From the IMG/VR virus record IMGVR_UViG_3300029940_000031: a stretch of DNA of 64,000 bases; one strand, given 5' to 3'. This DNA comes from a virus. The translations under genes and the position numbers were made by a program. Numbering within the stretch: position 1 is the first letter of the stretch; each line of letters starts with the position of its first letter. The notes under the pieces were generated by a model. That model did not search any database. It saw nothing but the letters and a program-made list of their open reading frames with translations, and was not told the DNA's origin. Below are positions 23,569 to 32,727 of the stretch, one piece after another.

Positions 23569-23614
23569 AAAAAAAGAACCTGCAAACCTGCAGATTCTCC
23601 TGATAATGATTTAT
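23569..23614. repeat. 46-bp direct repeat, copy 2
   Basis: Identical to 22966-23011; looser similarity continues about 40 bp (CGAAAAT...GAGTTCAAG). Confidence 0.9.
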
Positions 23615-23855
23615 GGAGCAAGACCCGAAAATATAATACAACAATTCAAAAATGAGTTCAAGTAAATAAAAAGAACCCGCTGGAGTTCGGGTCCTTTCAG
23701 AAGTGATGATGTATTCTCGGCTCGAGAACTGAGAAAAACACAAAAATATAATACATCGAGTTTTAGAGAATTTCAATACTAAATTTGGGATTACCATGAG
23801 GAGGAGTTATGACGAGTTTCATCCTATTAATATAGAAGGTGGTGGGTGATATGAA

Positions 23856-24614
23856 GTGAAACAAAAACATGAGTTAGCTCAAGAAGATTACATGCAAGGT
23901 ATGAAGTATAAGGAACTGGCTGAGAAATATGAGGTTAGTGTTAATACAATTAAGTCCTGGAGAAAAAGGCATGGTTGGAATCGAAAGAGGGTGCACCAAA
24001 AAGATGAAAAAGGGTGCACCCAAACCAAGAAAACAGGTGCACCCTTTGGCAATAAGAATGCGGTGGGTAATTCGGGTAACAAGAACCCTAAATGGGGTAA
24101 TAAGAATGCTGTGGGTCATGGCGCTCCAAAAGGGAACCATAACGCTATGACGCATGGATTTTTCCGCAAACACTTTCCAGAAGATGTGGCGGATTTAGCT
24201 GCTGAAATCATGGAGAAGCATCCAATTGATATGTTATGGGAAAACATAACGATTCAATACACAGCTATTATTAGAGCACAACGATTGATGTTTGTTAGAT
24301 ACCAAGAAGATACGACGAAGGAACTACGCAAGAATAAAGTTACAGAGGGTGGATTTGAAGAAGAATGGGAAATCCAATTCGCTTGGGACAAACATGCCAC
24401 ATTCCTAAACGCTCAATCCAGAGCAATGAGCACTTTGTCTTCGCTTATTCGAGACTTTGATAAGTTAGCTAATATAGATGATGAAAGACGTGCTAAATTG
24501 AGCCTGATGAATGCTCAAATAGACAAGATTAGAAATGAATTAAAAGACGAAAATCCAGCAGAAGACAAAATCGGTCAATACTTGGATAAGTTAGAAGGTG
24601 CGTTTAAGAAATGA
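23856..24614 (+). CDS. terS: Terminase small subunit
   Basis: N-terminal HTH YKELAEKYEVSVNTIKSWRKRHGW; GNKNAVG repeats typical of this TerS type; immediately upstream of terL. Confidence 0.8.
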   Translation: MKQKHELAQEDYMQGMKYKELAEKYEVSVNTIKSWRKRHGWNRKRVHQKDEKGCTQTKKTGAPFGNKNAVGNSGNKNPKWGNKNAVGHGAPKGNHNAMTHGFFRKHFPEDVADLAAEIMEKHPIDMLWENITIQYTAIIRAQRLMFVRYQEDTTKELRKNKVTEGGFEEEWEIQFAWDKHATFLNAQSRAMSTLSSLIRDFDKLANIDDERRAKLSLMNAQIDKIRNELKDENPAEDKIGQYLDKLEGAFKK

Positions 24615-25840
24615 GCATGAACGAGCTATATAACAAAAAGCAACAACAAGTATTGAATTACGTTTATAACAATGACTACTTCATGTTAATACAGCATGGA
24701 GCTAAACGTACTGGTAAAACAATCTTAAACAATGATTTGTTCCTTGCTGAGTTAAGACGAGTAAGAAGAATTGCTGATAATGAAGGTGTAGATTTACCAC
24801 AGTATATATTGGCTGGCGCATCATTAGGTACATTAGCAAAGAACGTACTCATTGAACTTACAAATAAGTATGGACTTGATTTTCAAATGGATAAATACAA
24901 TCGTTTTAAATTATTTGGCGTTCTTGTTTGTTGCACGGGTCATTCTAAGATAAGCCATTTAGATACTATTCGTGGTATGACTGCTTACGGCGCTTATGTG
25001 AATGAAGGTTCTCTTGCTAATAAAGATGTATTCGATGAGATTAAATCACGTTGTAGTGGTGAAGGTGCTCGTATATTAGTCGATACGAACCCAGATCATC
25101 CGGAACATTGGCTTAAAGTCGATTACATTGATAAAGACGACAACGTAACAATCAAAGCATTTCAATACGAATTAGATGATAATACATTCTTAAACGAAAG
25201 ATACAGAGAGCGTATTAAAGCTTCTACTCCTGAAGGAATGTTTTATGACCGTAACATAAAGGGATTATGGTGCAGTGCTGATGGAGTTGTATATAAAGAC
25301 TTTAATAAGGATGTACATTATATAGAAGAAACTGATCTAAAAGATATTAAATTCACGAAATACTTCGCTGGTGTCGATTGGGGTTACGAGCATTTTGGCT
25401 CCATTGTTGTTATTGGTGAAGATGATGAAGAGAATCTATACCTTTTAGAAGAACATGCAAAACAACATGAAGAAATAGATTTCTGGGTAGGTGTCGCTAA
25501 AGACGTAAAATCACGCTATGGTAACATCTTTTTTTATTGTGACAGTGCAAGGCCTGAACATATAAAACGATTCAAACGAGAGGGATTACGAGCAAGAAAC
25601 GCTGATAAATCTGTCTTATCTGGTATAGAAATGGTTGCAAAGTACATCAAAACAGAAAGCTTCAAGGCTGTATCTGAGCGTGTGGAGCGATTTAAGAAAG
25701 AAGTATTCATGTATGTTTGGAATGAGAAAACAGGTGAACCAGTGAAGGAATGGGACGATGTATTAGATGCTGTACGATATGCTATTTATACAGAGAAAAG
25801 TGAAAATAGAAAAGCAAGAGCTGTTAAATCAATTTATTAA
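24611..25840 (+). CDS. terL: Terminase large subunit
   Basis: Walker A HGAKRTGKT; 409 aa; ATGA overlap with terS; nuclease-half motif DVLDAVRYA. Confidence 0.9.
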   Translation: MSMNELYNKKQQQVLNYVYNNDYFMLIQHGAKRTGKTILNNDLFLAELRRVRRIADNEGVDLPQYILAGASLGTLAKNVLIELTNKYGLDFQMDKYNRFKLFGVLVCCTGHSKISHLDTIRGMTAYGAYVNEGSLANKDVFDEIKSRCSGEGARILVDTNPDHPEHWLKVDYIDKDDNVTIKAFQYELDDNTFLNERYRERIKASTPEGMFYDRNIKGLWCSADGVVYKDFNKDVHYIEETDLKDIKFTKYFAGVDWGYEHFGSIVVIGEDDEENLYLLEEHAKQHEEIDFWVGVAKDVKSRYGNIFFYCDSARPEHIKRFKREGLRARNADKSVLSGIEMVAKYIKTESFKAVSERVERFKKEVFMYVWNEKTGEPVKEWDDVLDAVRYAIYTEKSENRKARAVKSIY

Positions 25841-25852
25841 GGAGGTGAGACG

Positions 25853-27277
25853 ATGTTTGAACACTATATTCCGTTGCTGGATGAACAGAATGGCGAGCCT
25901 ACCTCAAAGTTACTAAAAAAAATTATTGATGAGTTTGAACCATTAAAACAACGTATGATTAACAGGTACGAGCGATACAAAGCAAGTGAAAAGGGAGTGC
26001 CTATCTTTACTCGCGAGTTTAAAGGTGATGGTAATAAAGACAAGGTTAACAATAAGCTAAACAATGACTTCTTTTCTGAAATTATCGATACAAAAATCGG
26101 TTATATGTTTGGGTTGCCTATCTCATACAGCTTAGATCATGAAGATGATGAAGTATTGAAACGTATTCAGGACTTTTTAAAAGCGAATCATACTGAGGAT
26201 GCTGACGCAGAAACAGGGAAGTTCGCTTCTATTTGTGGATACGGAGCGAGACTACTGTATCACGATAAAGAAGGCATCGAAAAGGTTATGAATATCAAAC
26301 CTTACGAAGCTATATTTCTTACGAATTCAAGCATTGCAGAACCTAAATACGCTATACGCTGCTATCCAATCAAAGTAATTGATGGTGATGATTTCAAGGA
26401 TGGTTACAAAGTAGAGTTTTACAATGAAACAAACATTATTGAGTACACTGGTGAAGATTTAGATAAGTTAACAGAGACTGACCGTATTCCTAACTTATTT
26501 AAAGGTGTGCCACTTATTGGGTTTCCTAATAATGAAGAATTACAAGGCGATGTAGATAAAGCTATTTCCCTTATTGAAGGTTATGACCGTTCGTTTTCCG
26601 ATGTAAACAGTGAGATTGAACAGTTTCGTCTGGCTTATATGATCTTTAAAGGCGTTGATATAGATGATGATACTATCGAGAAGCTAAGAAAAACTGGTGC
26701 TCTTGATGTAGGTGAAGATGGTGAGGCTTCTTTCTTAACTAAGGACCTTAATGACAACATCTTAGAACACCATCTTGACAGATTAGAAAAGAATATATGC
26801 CGTTTCACAAAGCATGTGAACCTTTCTGATGAATCATTTGGTGGTAATCTTACTGGTGTTGCTATTCGTTACAAGTTATTAGCTTTAGAAACTAAATCAG
26901 GAACATTAGAAATGAAGTTTACTAAGTCATTGCGACAACAATTTAAGTTATTGTTTGATGCTTGGAACTTACGCTCAAATAAAAGAGAACTAGACTACCT
27001 TTGTATGACGTTTCAATTTACGCGAAACCTTCCAGCCAACTTAGCTGATGAAGCTGATGTGCAGTCTAAACTACAAGGTTTAGTAAGTGAAGAAACACGA
27101 TTATCTATGTTATCTGTTGTTTCTGATCCGAAAGCGGAAATACAGAAGATGCAGGAAGAAGAAGCGGATTCCATGAATCTCGACAAGGTAGGTGAGCCTA
27201 ATGGAATGGGACAAGAAGCAGAAACACCTCCAAAAGATAGAGGACGAACTGGAAAAGGCGATTCTCTACCTGTATAA
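25853..27277 (+). CDS. Portal protein (SPP1-type by size and position)
   Basis: 474 aa directly after terL; acidic C-terminus. Confidence 0.8.
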   Translation: MFEHYIPLLDEQNGEPTSKLLKKIIDEFEPLKQRMINRYERYKASEKGVPIFTREFKGDGNKDKVNNKLNNDFFSEIIDTKIGYMFGLPISYSLDHEDDEVLKRIQDFLKANHTEDADAETGKFASICGYGARLLYHDKEGIEKVMNIKPYEAIFLTNSSIAEPKYAIRCYPIKVIDGDDFKDGYKVEFYNETNIIEYTGEDLDKLTETDRIPNLFKGVPLIGFPNNEELQGDVDKAISLIEGYDRSFSDVNSEIEQFRLAYMIFKGVDIDDDTIEKLRKTGALDVGEDGEASFLTKDLNDNILEHHLDRLEKNICRFTKHVNLSDESFGGNLTGVAIRYKLLALETKSGTLEMKFTKSLRQQFKLLFDAWNLRSNKRELDYLCMTFQFTRNLPANLADEADVQSKLQGLVSEETRLSMLSVVSDPKAEIQKMQEEEADSMNLDKVGEPNGMGQEAETPPKDRGRTGKGDSLPV

Positions 27278-28118
27278 AGATGCTTTAGAAGAAGTCAGAG
27301 GAATACTGGCTTTTTATTATGCCAAATATGCCGTAAATGAGCAGTTGAGTATGCAGGAAATGCGCCGATTCAATCGATATAAGAGCATGCAAAGTGAACT
27401 GCAACAAGTAATTAATGAAATAACATATGAGAAAAAGAAAACTCTCAATGAAACGCTCTCCAATCAGTATGGAGAGTCTTTTTATTATACGAGTTATCTC
27501 ATCGAGAAAGAAGTCGGCGTGGCTCTTTCGTATGGTCTTATTGACCCGAATGTCATTAAACGAGCGGTACAAATGCCAATCGATAAAATGACACTCAATC
27601 AAAGGTTAAGTACACATCGAGTACAGATAGTTAACCGAATACGCAGGGAGTTATCTATCGGTCTTAGAAAAGGCGAAGGATATGCAACAATGGCAAATCG
27701 GATTAAGCCGATACTTGATGGTGATGCGAAGAAAGCCCAAATGGTCGCTTGGACAGAAAGTGCTAGGGTGCAAAACTTAGGTACTTATGACAGTGCTTCT
27801 CACGCTTTTGATGAAGGTGTATCAATGAAGAAGATTTGGATTGCTACATTAGATAAACGTACGCGTCCCACTCACCAAGCAGCAGATCATCAAAAAGTAC
27901 CGTTTAAAGGATTATTTAAAGTCGGTGGTTATAGTTGCGAATATCCACATGATAGTAATTTACCTGCTAAAGAAGTTGTACGATGCCGCTGTACTTTCAT
28001 TACTGAGGTAGCGGATGTTAGCCCATTTATTGAGAGAAGGGCCAGAAACCCAACTACAGGTAAGAATGAGGTTATTACCGCAGTTAGTTATGAAGAATGG
28101 AAAGACTCTCTTGAATAA
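27192..28118 (+). CDS. Head morphogenesis protein (SPP1 gp7 / Mu F-like)
   Basis: Position after the portal; WTESARVQN...RTRPTHQAADHQ...CRCT motif region; start GTG 27192 or ATG 27201, overlapping the portal 3' end. Confidence 0.7.
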   Translation: MSLMEWDKKQKHLQKIEDELEKAILYLYKDALEEVRGILAFYYAKYAVNEQLSMQEMRRFNRYKSMQSELQQVINEITYEKKKTLNETLSNQYGESFYYTSYLIEKEVGVALSYGLIDPNVIKRAVQMPIDKMTLNQRLSTHRVQIVNRIRRELSIGLRKGEGYATMANRIKPILDGDAKKAQMVAWTESARVQNLGTYDSASHAFDEGVSMKKIWIATLDKRTRPTHQAADHQKVPFKGLFKVGGYSCEYPHDSNLPAKEVVRCRCTFITEVADVSPFIERRARNPTTGKNEVITAVSYEEWKDSLE

Positions 28119-28192
28119 TAAAAAACACTTGAGGGCTTATAGATTACGAACTTAATAGGGCGCAATTATAGGAACTCAGAGGAGGAATAATA

Positions 28193-28924
28193 ATGAAACA
28201 ATTACAAAAGCAAGCGGAAGTACAGTTTTTAAAAGAAAGAGAACTAACAAAGTTACCGTTTCGTTTATCAAATCTGCAATTCTTTTCTGATCCTGTAATA
28301 CCTGCAGATGAGACACTACAGAATGAACAAACATCACCTGCGGATGATATAAAAGATTCACTAGTTGAAGAGCAAAAAGAACCGCCAGTTGGTGAACAAA
28401 AAGAACCGAAATTAGATGATGCAACAAAAACATTTATTGAGAAGATGGTACAATCAGCGGAAGATAGAGTGCGCTCTAAATATTCGAAAGAACTGAATGC
28501 AACAAAGAAGGAATTAGAGAACTATAAAACCGCGTCTATGACTGCCCAAGAGAAAGCTGAATATGAGATGAAGCAACTTCAGGAACAACTAGAAGAGCGA
28601 GAAAGAGTACTTCATCAGAAAGAAATGCAGAGTGTTGCATCAGATGGTTTATCAGCGGTTGGATTGGATCTTAAATTTGTAGATTTTGTTATTGGTTCAG
28701 ATGTAGAAGATACAAAAGTTAGGGTGTCAAAGTTTAATGATTTATTCTCTAGTGCATTAGAAGTAAAAGTGGCTGAAAAGTTTAAAGCTGCTGGCCGAGA
28801 AATCCATGTTAGTGGCGGAACTGGAGGGGGATTTACGAGAGAACAAGTAAATTCAATGAGTCAAGCTGAAATTAATGCGAACTGGCCACAAATTCAGAAG
28901 GATATGCGCAATTGGGGTAAGTAG
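28193..28924 (+). CDS. Scaffolding protein
   Basis: Acidic, coiled-coil-rich 243 aa immediately before the capsid gene. Confidence 0.65.
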   Translation: MKQLQKQAEVQFLKERELTKLPFRLSNLQFFSDPVIPADETLQNEQTSPADDIKDSLVEEQKEPPVGEQKEPKLDDATKTFIEKMVQSAEDRVRSKYSKELNATKKELENYKTASMTAQEKAEYEMKQLQEQLEERERVLHQKEMQSVASDGLSAVGLDLKFVDFVIGSDVEDTKVRVSKFNDLFSSALEVKVAEKFKAAGREIHVSGGTGGGFTREQVNSMSQAEINANWPQIQKDMRNWGK

Positions 28925-29041
28925 CACTAGGAAAGTTAAGTGATTTGAATGGTACAGTCAAAAAAATATAAAACGAACAAAAGAGATTGCTAGTTTAGTA
29001 ATCTCTTTTGTTATGGAAAAACATTAAGGAGGAATTAATAT

Positions 29042-29887
29042 ATGTCAGTATCAACTTTTATTCCAACAATTTGGGAAGCGCGCTTGATGGCGAACTTTCA
29101 CAAGCGTTCTATTGCGGATTTAATTACAACAACGCCAACGAAAATCGAAGGTAATAAGATTATCTTTAATCGTGTAGGCGCAGTAAATGTAAAAGATTAT
29201 AATGGTACAATCGAATGGGATGATACTAACCCTTCTAAAGTAGAAATTAATATGGATCAACAAAAGTATTTTGCTTTCAAAGTTGATGATGTAGATGCAG
29301 TTCAGGCTGCTGGAGATTTAATCGACCCACATACACAAGAGGCAGGAGCGGTACTTCAGGAAACCGTTGATACATTCGTATTAGGGCTTTATAAAGGCGC
29401 TCATAAAACTCATACAATTGGGAGTGACTCTAGTCCAATTGAGTTATCACCTAAAAATGCATATGATTACATTGTAGACTTAAATACGATTTTAAATATT
29501 AAAAAGGTTCCTAAAACTGAACGATTCACAATCATCAATTCTCAGGTTTTAGGTTTATTATCTAAAGATGATCGCTTTACTAAGCAACCTGTTGTTTTAG
29601 AAAATGGTATTGTTGAAGGACAGATTATTAATGGATCACAAATCGTTGTATCAGAAGAAATTCACGGTACTAGTGGTAAGTATAAAATTTTAGGTCTTCA
29701 TAAGTCTGCCATTGGATACGGGACACAGTTAACTGAAACAGAGGCACAACGTCTGCAAAATTCCTTTGCAGATGGTATTCGTGGTCTTATGGTTTATGGT
29801 GGAGATATCCTTCGTCAAGAGTCAATAGCGGTACTTACAGCTACAGTTACATCAATTACTCCGGAAAAACCAGGTGGAGGGGCTTAA
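29042..29887 (+). CDS. Major capsid protein
   Basis: 281 aa, strong AAGGAGG RBS, position after the scaffold, terminator-like hairpin after the stop. Confidence 0.75.
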   Translation: MSVSTFIPTIWEARLMANFHKRSIADLITTTPTKIEGNKIIFNRVGAVNVKDYNGTIEWDDTNPSKVEINMDQQKYFAFKVDDVDAVQAAGDLIDPHTQEAGAVLQETVDTFVLGLYKGAHKTHTIGSDSSPIELSPKNAYDYIVDLNTILNIKKVPKTERFTIINSQVLGLLSKDDRFTKQPVVLENGIVEGQIINGSQIVVSEEIHGTSGKYKILGLHKSAIGYGTQLTETEAQRLQNSFADGIRGLMVYGGDILRQESIAVLTATVTSITPEKPGGGA

Positions 29888-29930
29888 TAAGCCTTCTCCA
29901 TTTTTTTCTTTTACGTAAGTAGGTGATTAG

Positions 29931-30242
29931 ATGAAAGATATGAAAGCAGAAATTTTAAAACGTGTAAAACTGCAAGTACCTAATATAAGTGATGAAAATT
30001 TATTAATAAGCATTGAAGATACAATGTTAATGGTTGCTGAGTACACCAATAGAACTATTCCTGAATTCCCTCCTGCTTATATTGGTATCATCGCTAAAAT
30101 GGTGGTTCATCAGTATATGGAGCACGAGAGAGAAGGAAAGAAAAGTGAATCGTTAGGTAACTATTCTGTTACTTATGATGATGTGGGAGATTATCCAGCA
30201 AGCGTCACAAAGGGGCTGAAAGTGAGGTTACGTGTTCGATGA
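29931..30242 (+). CDS. Head-tail connector / DNA packaging protein
   Basis: 103 aa, first of four overlapping small genes between capsid and tail genes. Confidence 0.6.
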   Translation: MKDMKAEILKRVKLQVPNISDENLLISIEDTMLMVAEYTNRTIPEFPPAYIGIIAKMVVHQYMEHEREGKKSESLGNYSVTYDDVGDYPASVTKGLKVRLRVR

Positions 30243-30583
30243 TTCAGTCAATGATACGCAAGTTTGGAAAAGATGCTACAGTACTTCGCAACGCTGGTTC
30301 TGATGATGGACCATATCCAACAGAAGAATGGAAAGAAATCAATACTGTTAAAGGTGTATTGGATGCTATCCAAGGGACAAAGGATGCTCGCAATAAAAAA
30401 ATAGAAGAGAAAAGCACACATTTCTTTTACTGCATGCTTTTCGACGTAACTATTCAAGATAGATTAGTTATCGATAAGAAGGTATACAGCGTTACTTATC
30501 CGGGCGATCCAATGAATGCGGGTAGATTCTTTCAAATAGAATTGGAGATGTTGCCATATGAGCATGAAATTCCAATCCAATAG
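30239..30583 (+). CDS. Head closure / head-tail adaptor
   Basis: ATGA overlap; 114 aa; synteny. Confidence 0.6.
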   Translation: MIQSMIRKFGKDATVLRNAGSDDGPYPTEEWKEINTVKGVLDAIQGTKDARNKKIEEKSTHFFYCMLFDVTIQDRLVIDKKVYSVTYPGDPMNAGRFFQIELEMLPYEHEIPIQ

Positions 30584-30965
30584 AGCCGCTGTTATGGCGA
30601 GACATTTGGCTGCAAAGAAAGCAGCTCATACTGCTATTGGTAAATTTGTATCTTCTAAAGCTAAATTACTTGCTGCTGTCGACACTGGCAATTTAAGAAG
30701 AAGCATTAGTTCTAAAGCAGAGCAAGAAAAAGTTGTTATCGGTACTTCTGCTGATCATGGTATTTATGTTGAGAAGGGAACAGGAATCTATGCTGTAGAC
30801 GGTGATGGGCGTAAAACTCCTTGGATGTACCGTGACCCTAAAACAGGGAAGATGGTTAAAACTCAAGGGCAACATGCACAGCCTTTTCTTAGACCAGCAG
30901 CAGAGAGCAATAAACCGCAAATTACACAAGTTGGCACGCGAACCTATTCGTCGTTAATGAGGTAG
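30558..30965 (+). CDS. HK97 gp10-family tail component
   Basis: TGNLRRSI...IGTSADHGIYVEKGTG...QPFLRPA resembles the HK97 gp10 family. Confidence 0.65.
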   Translation: MSMKFQSNRAAVMARHLAAKKAAHTAIGKFVSSKAKLLAAVDTGNLRRSISSKAEQEKVVIGTSADHGIYVEKGTGIYAVDGDGRKTPWMYRDPKTGKMVKTQGQHAQPFLRPAAESNKPQITQVGTRTYSSLMR

Positions 30966-30970
30966 ATAGC

Positions 30971-31333
30971 ATGAATGACTTTATAAATATATTACACAGT
31001 GAATTAAAACAGATTCATAAAGAAACGTATTATGAAATCGCTAAAACAACCGCTGTAATGCCTTATTTGGTGTACATGGTTAATGATGATAAAGAACCAT
31101 GGGGAAGAAAAAATATCATGCTTACAATTGATATTTACGGTACTTCTGCTCATCTTGCTCAAATAGATGAACTGATTACGAAACTAGAAAGCAATCTTCA
31201 TAGAAAAAGATTAAGCAGCGCTGAATTTGGTGCTGCTATTTCTTATCTTTCGAGTCAGAAAGTACCTGATTCAGACCCAAATATCATACGCAAAGAAGTG
31301 CGGTTCATTTTAAGAACTTATTTTAAACAATAG
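30971..31333 (+). CDS. Tail completion / tail terminator protein
   Basis: 120 aa; synteny before the major tail gene. Confidence 0.55.
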   Translation: MNDFINILHSELKQIHKETYYEIAKTTAVMPYLVYMVNDDKEPWGRKNIMLTIDIYGTSAHLAQIDELITKLESNLHRKRLSSAEFGAAISYLSSQKVPDSDPNIIRKEVRFILRTYFKQ

Positions 31334-31347
31334 AAAGGGTTGATTAT

Positions 31348-31941
31348 ATGGCAGCTCCACAACCAAAACCAGAAAATGTTCTCTTCGGAGACTGGGGGGC
31401 ATTCTTCTTTAATTACGGGGAAAAAGATGAACTACCAGTAGGTGCCACACAAGGTGGCGGTTCTTTTAAGTATGAACCAGAGTTTAAAGAAATTGAATAT
31501 GATGGTTCTCCTGGTGACACTATGGGGATGAAACGTATTACGAAATCAAAAACTCAAATCAGTTTTAAAACACTTGAATTCCTTGATAAAGATAAAATTA
31601 AAAACTTTATTGCTGGATTAAAAGTATCAGAAGAGACTGTTACGAAAGATGGAAAAACCCTCAAATACGATGTAATTGAAGCAACGGAACGTCTTACGAA
31701 AGAAAGCTATCTTAAAAATGTAGCATGGGTTGGCGAAACTTTAGGTGGCGATATTGTTGAAATTATCGTATATAACGCATTATCTGACGGTTCATTAGAA
31801 CTAGGATTTGAAAATGAGAGTGAAGTTGTTCCAGAAGTAACATTCACAGGACATCGTGATCCAGAAAACATTCGAAAAGTACCATGGAAAAAACGTATTT
31901 TAACAGCGACAGAAGCAGCAAAATTAATACCGGCAGGTTAA
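31348..31941 (+). CDS. Major tail protein
   Basis: 197 aa; position; terminator-like hairpin GTAGGGGAAATCCCTGC after the stop. Confidence 0.7.
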   Translation: MAAPQPKPENVLFGDWGAFFFNYGEKDELPVGATQGGGSFKYEPEFKEIEYDGSPGDTMGMKRITKSKTQISFKTLEFLDKDKIKNFIAGLKVSEETVTKDGKTLKYDVIEATERLTKESYLKNVAWVGETLGGDIVEIIVYNALSDGSLELGFENESEVVPEVTFTGHRDPENIRKVPWKKRILTATEAAKLIPAG

Positions 31942-31987
31942 AAAGTAGGGGAAATCCCTGCTCTTTTTATTTTAAGGAGGAATAAAT

Positions 31988-32416
31988 GTGACTATTGCAA
32001 TTCAAGAAAAAGAATACAAAGTGAGACAAATTCATGGCGGAGATTTATTTTCCGTAGTTCGTATTTTGAAGAAATCAAAATTCAAGGTTGATATTAACTT
32101 GCTTAAAGATTTAATGATGGGTGTACGAAGTAAAGAAGGTGCAACACAAGCAGATGTATTAGCTGCACAAGAGATGTTCGGTTACGACATCATTATGAAG
32201 TTTATCTTTGGATTAGAAGAAGCTGAGCAAGAATTTTTCGAGTTTATTTCTGATCTATTAGTGTGTGAAGATGAAAACGGTAAAAAAACATCCCCAGATT
32301 GGGAAACAATACGAACTTTAAATCTAGAAGAGTTAGCGAAGTTGTTTACTGCAATTAAAAACTCAGAAGTTGGACTGGTTAAGCTTTTTTCCAATGCGGT
32401 GAACTTGATGAAATAG
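31988..32416 (+). CDS. Tail assembly chaperone (G-like)
   Basis: GTG start after AAGGAGG; acidic 142 aa directly before the tape measure region. Confidence 0.65.
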   Translation: MTIAIQEKEYKVRQIHGGDLFSVVRILKKSKFKVDINLLKDLMMGVRSKEGATQADVLAAQEMFGYDIIMKFIFGLEEAEQEFFEFISDLLVCEDENGKKTSPDWETIRTLNLEELAKLFTAIKNSEVGLVKLFSNAVNLMK

Positions 32417-32451
32417 ACTTCATCGATACGTTAGCTTCTCGTTATCCGAAC

Positions 32452-32727
32452 ATGGAGTACATACGTGGTTTGGATGCCGAGATAGTTATTAATTTGTATC
32501 TCACCGCAAAGAAAAAAGAGATGGACCGCATGTTATGGGAAGAATGGTGCGCCCTACAACCATACTGCGATGAAACATTTCCTCAATTTAAACATAAGCG
32601 TGAAAATCCAACGCAAGAACAGGTACAACAATACAATGATTTAATCGAACAACTACCGAAACAGAAACTCACGAAAAAAGAAGTGTTCGCTCGAGTTGCG
32701 AAAATCCGCGGAAAGGCGGGTGAATAG
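32452..32727 (+). CDS. Tail assembly chaperone second part (T-like; frame open from 32383)
   Basis: -1 frame relative to 31988-32416, open from 32383 and overlapping it; T6 run at 32385-32390. Confidence 0.55.
   Translation: MEYIRGLDAEIVINLYLTAKKKEMDRMLWEEWCALQPYCDETFPQFKHKRENPTQEQVQQYNDLIEQLPKQKLTKKEVFARVAKIRGKAGE

Noticed and set aside
22817-23797. ORFs 22817-23038(-) and 23525-23797(-) sharing the peptide INHYQENLQVCRFFFY
   Set aside because: The shared peptide is simply the translation of the 46-bp direct repeat/terminator. Neither has an RBS, so the similarity reflects DNA repeats and not paralogous proteins.
23874-24173. ORFs antisense or alternate-frame within terS (23874-24173-, 23888-24082-, 23929-24150+)
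   Set aside because: terS has the HTH, the GNKNAVG repeats and the right synteny. These are shadows in a relatively GC-rich repeat region.
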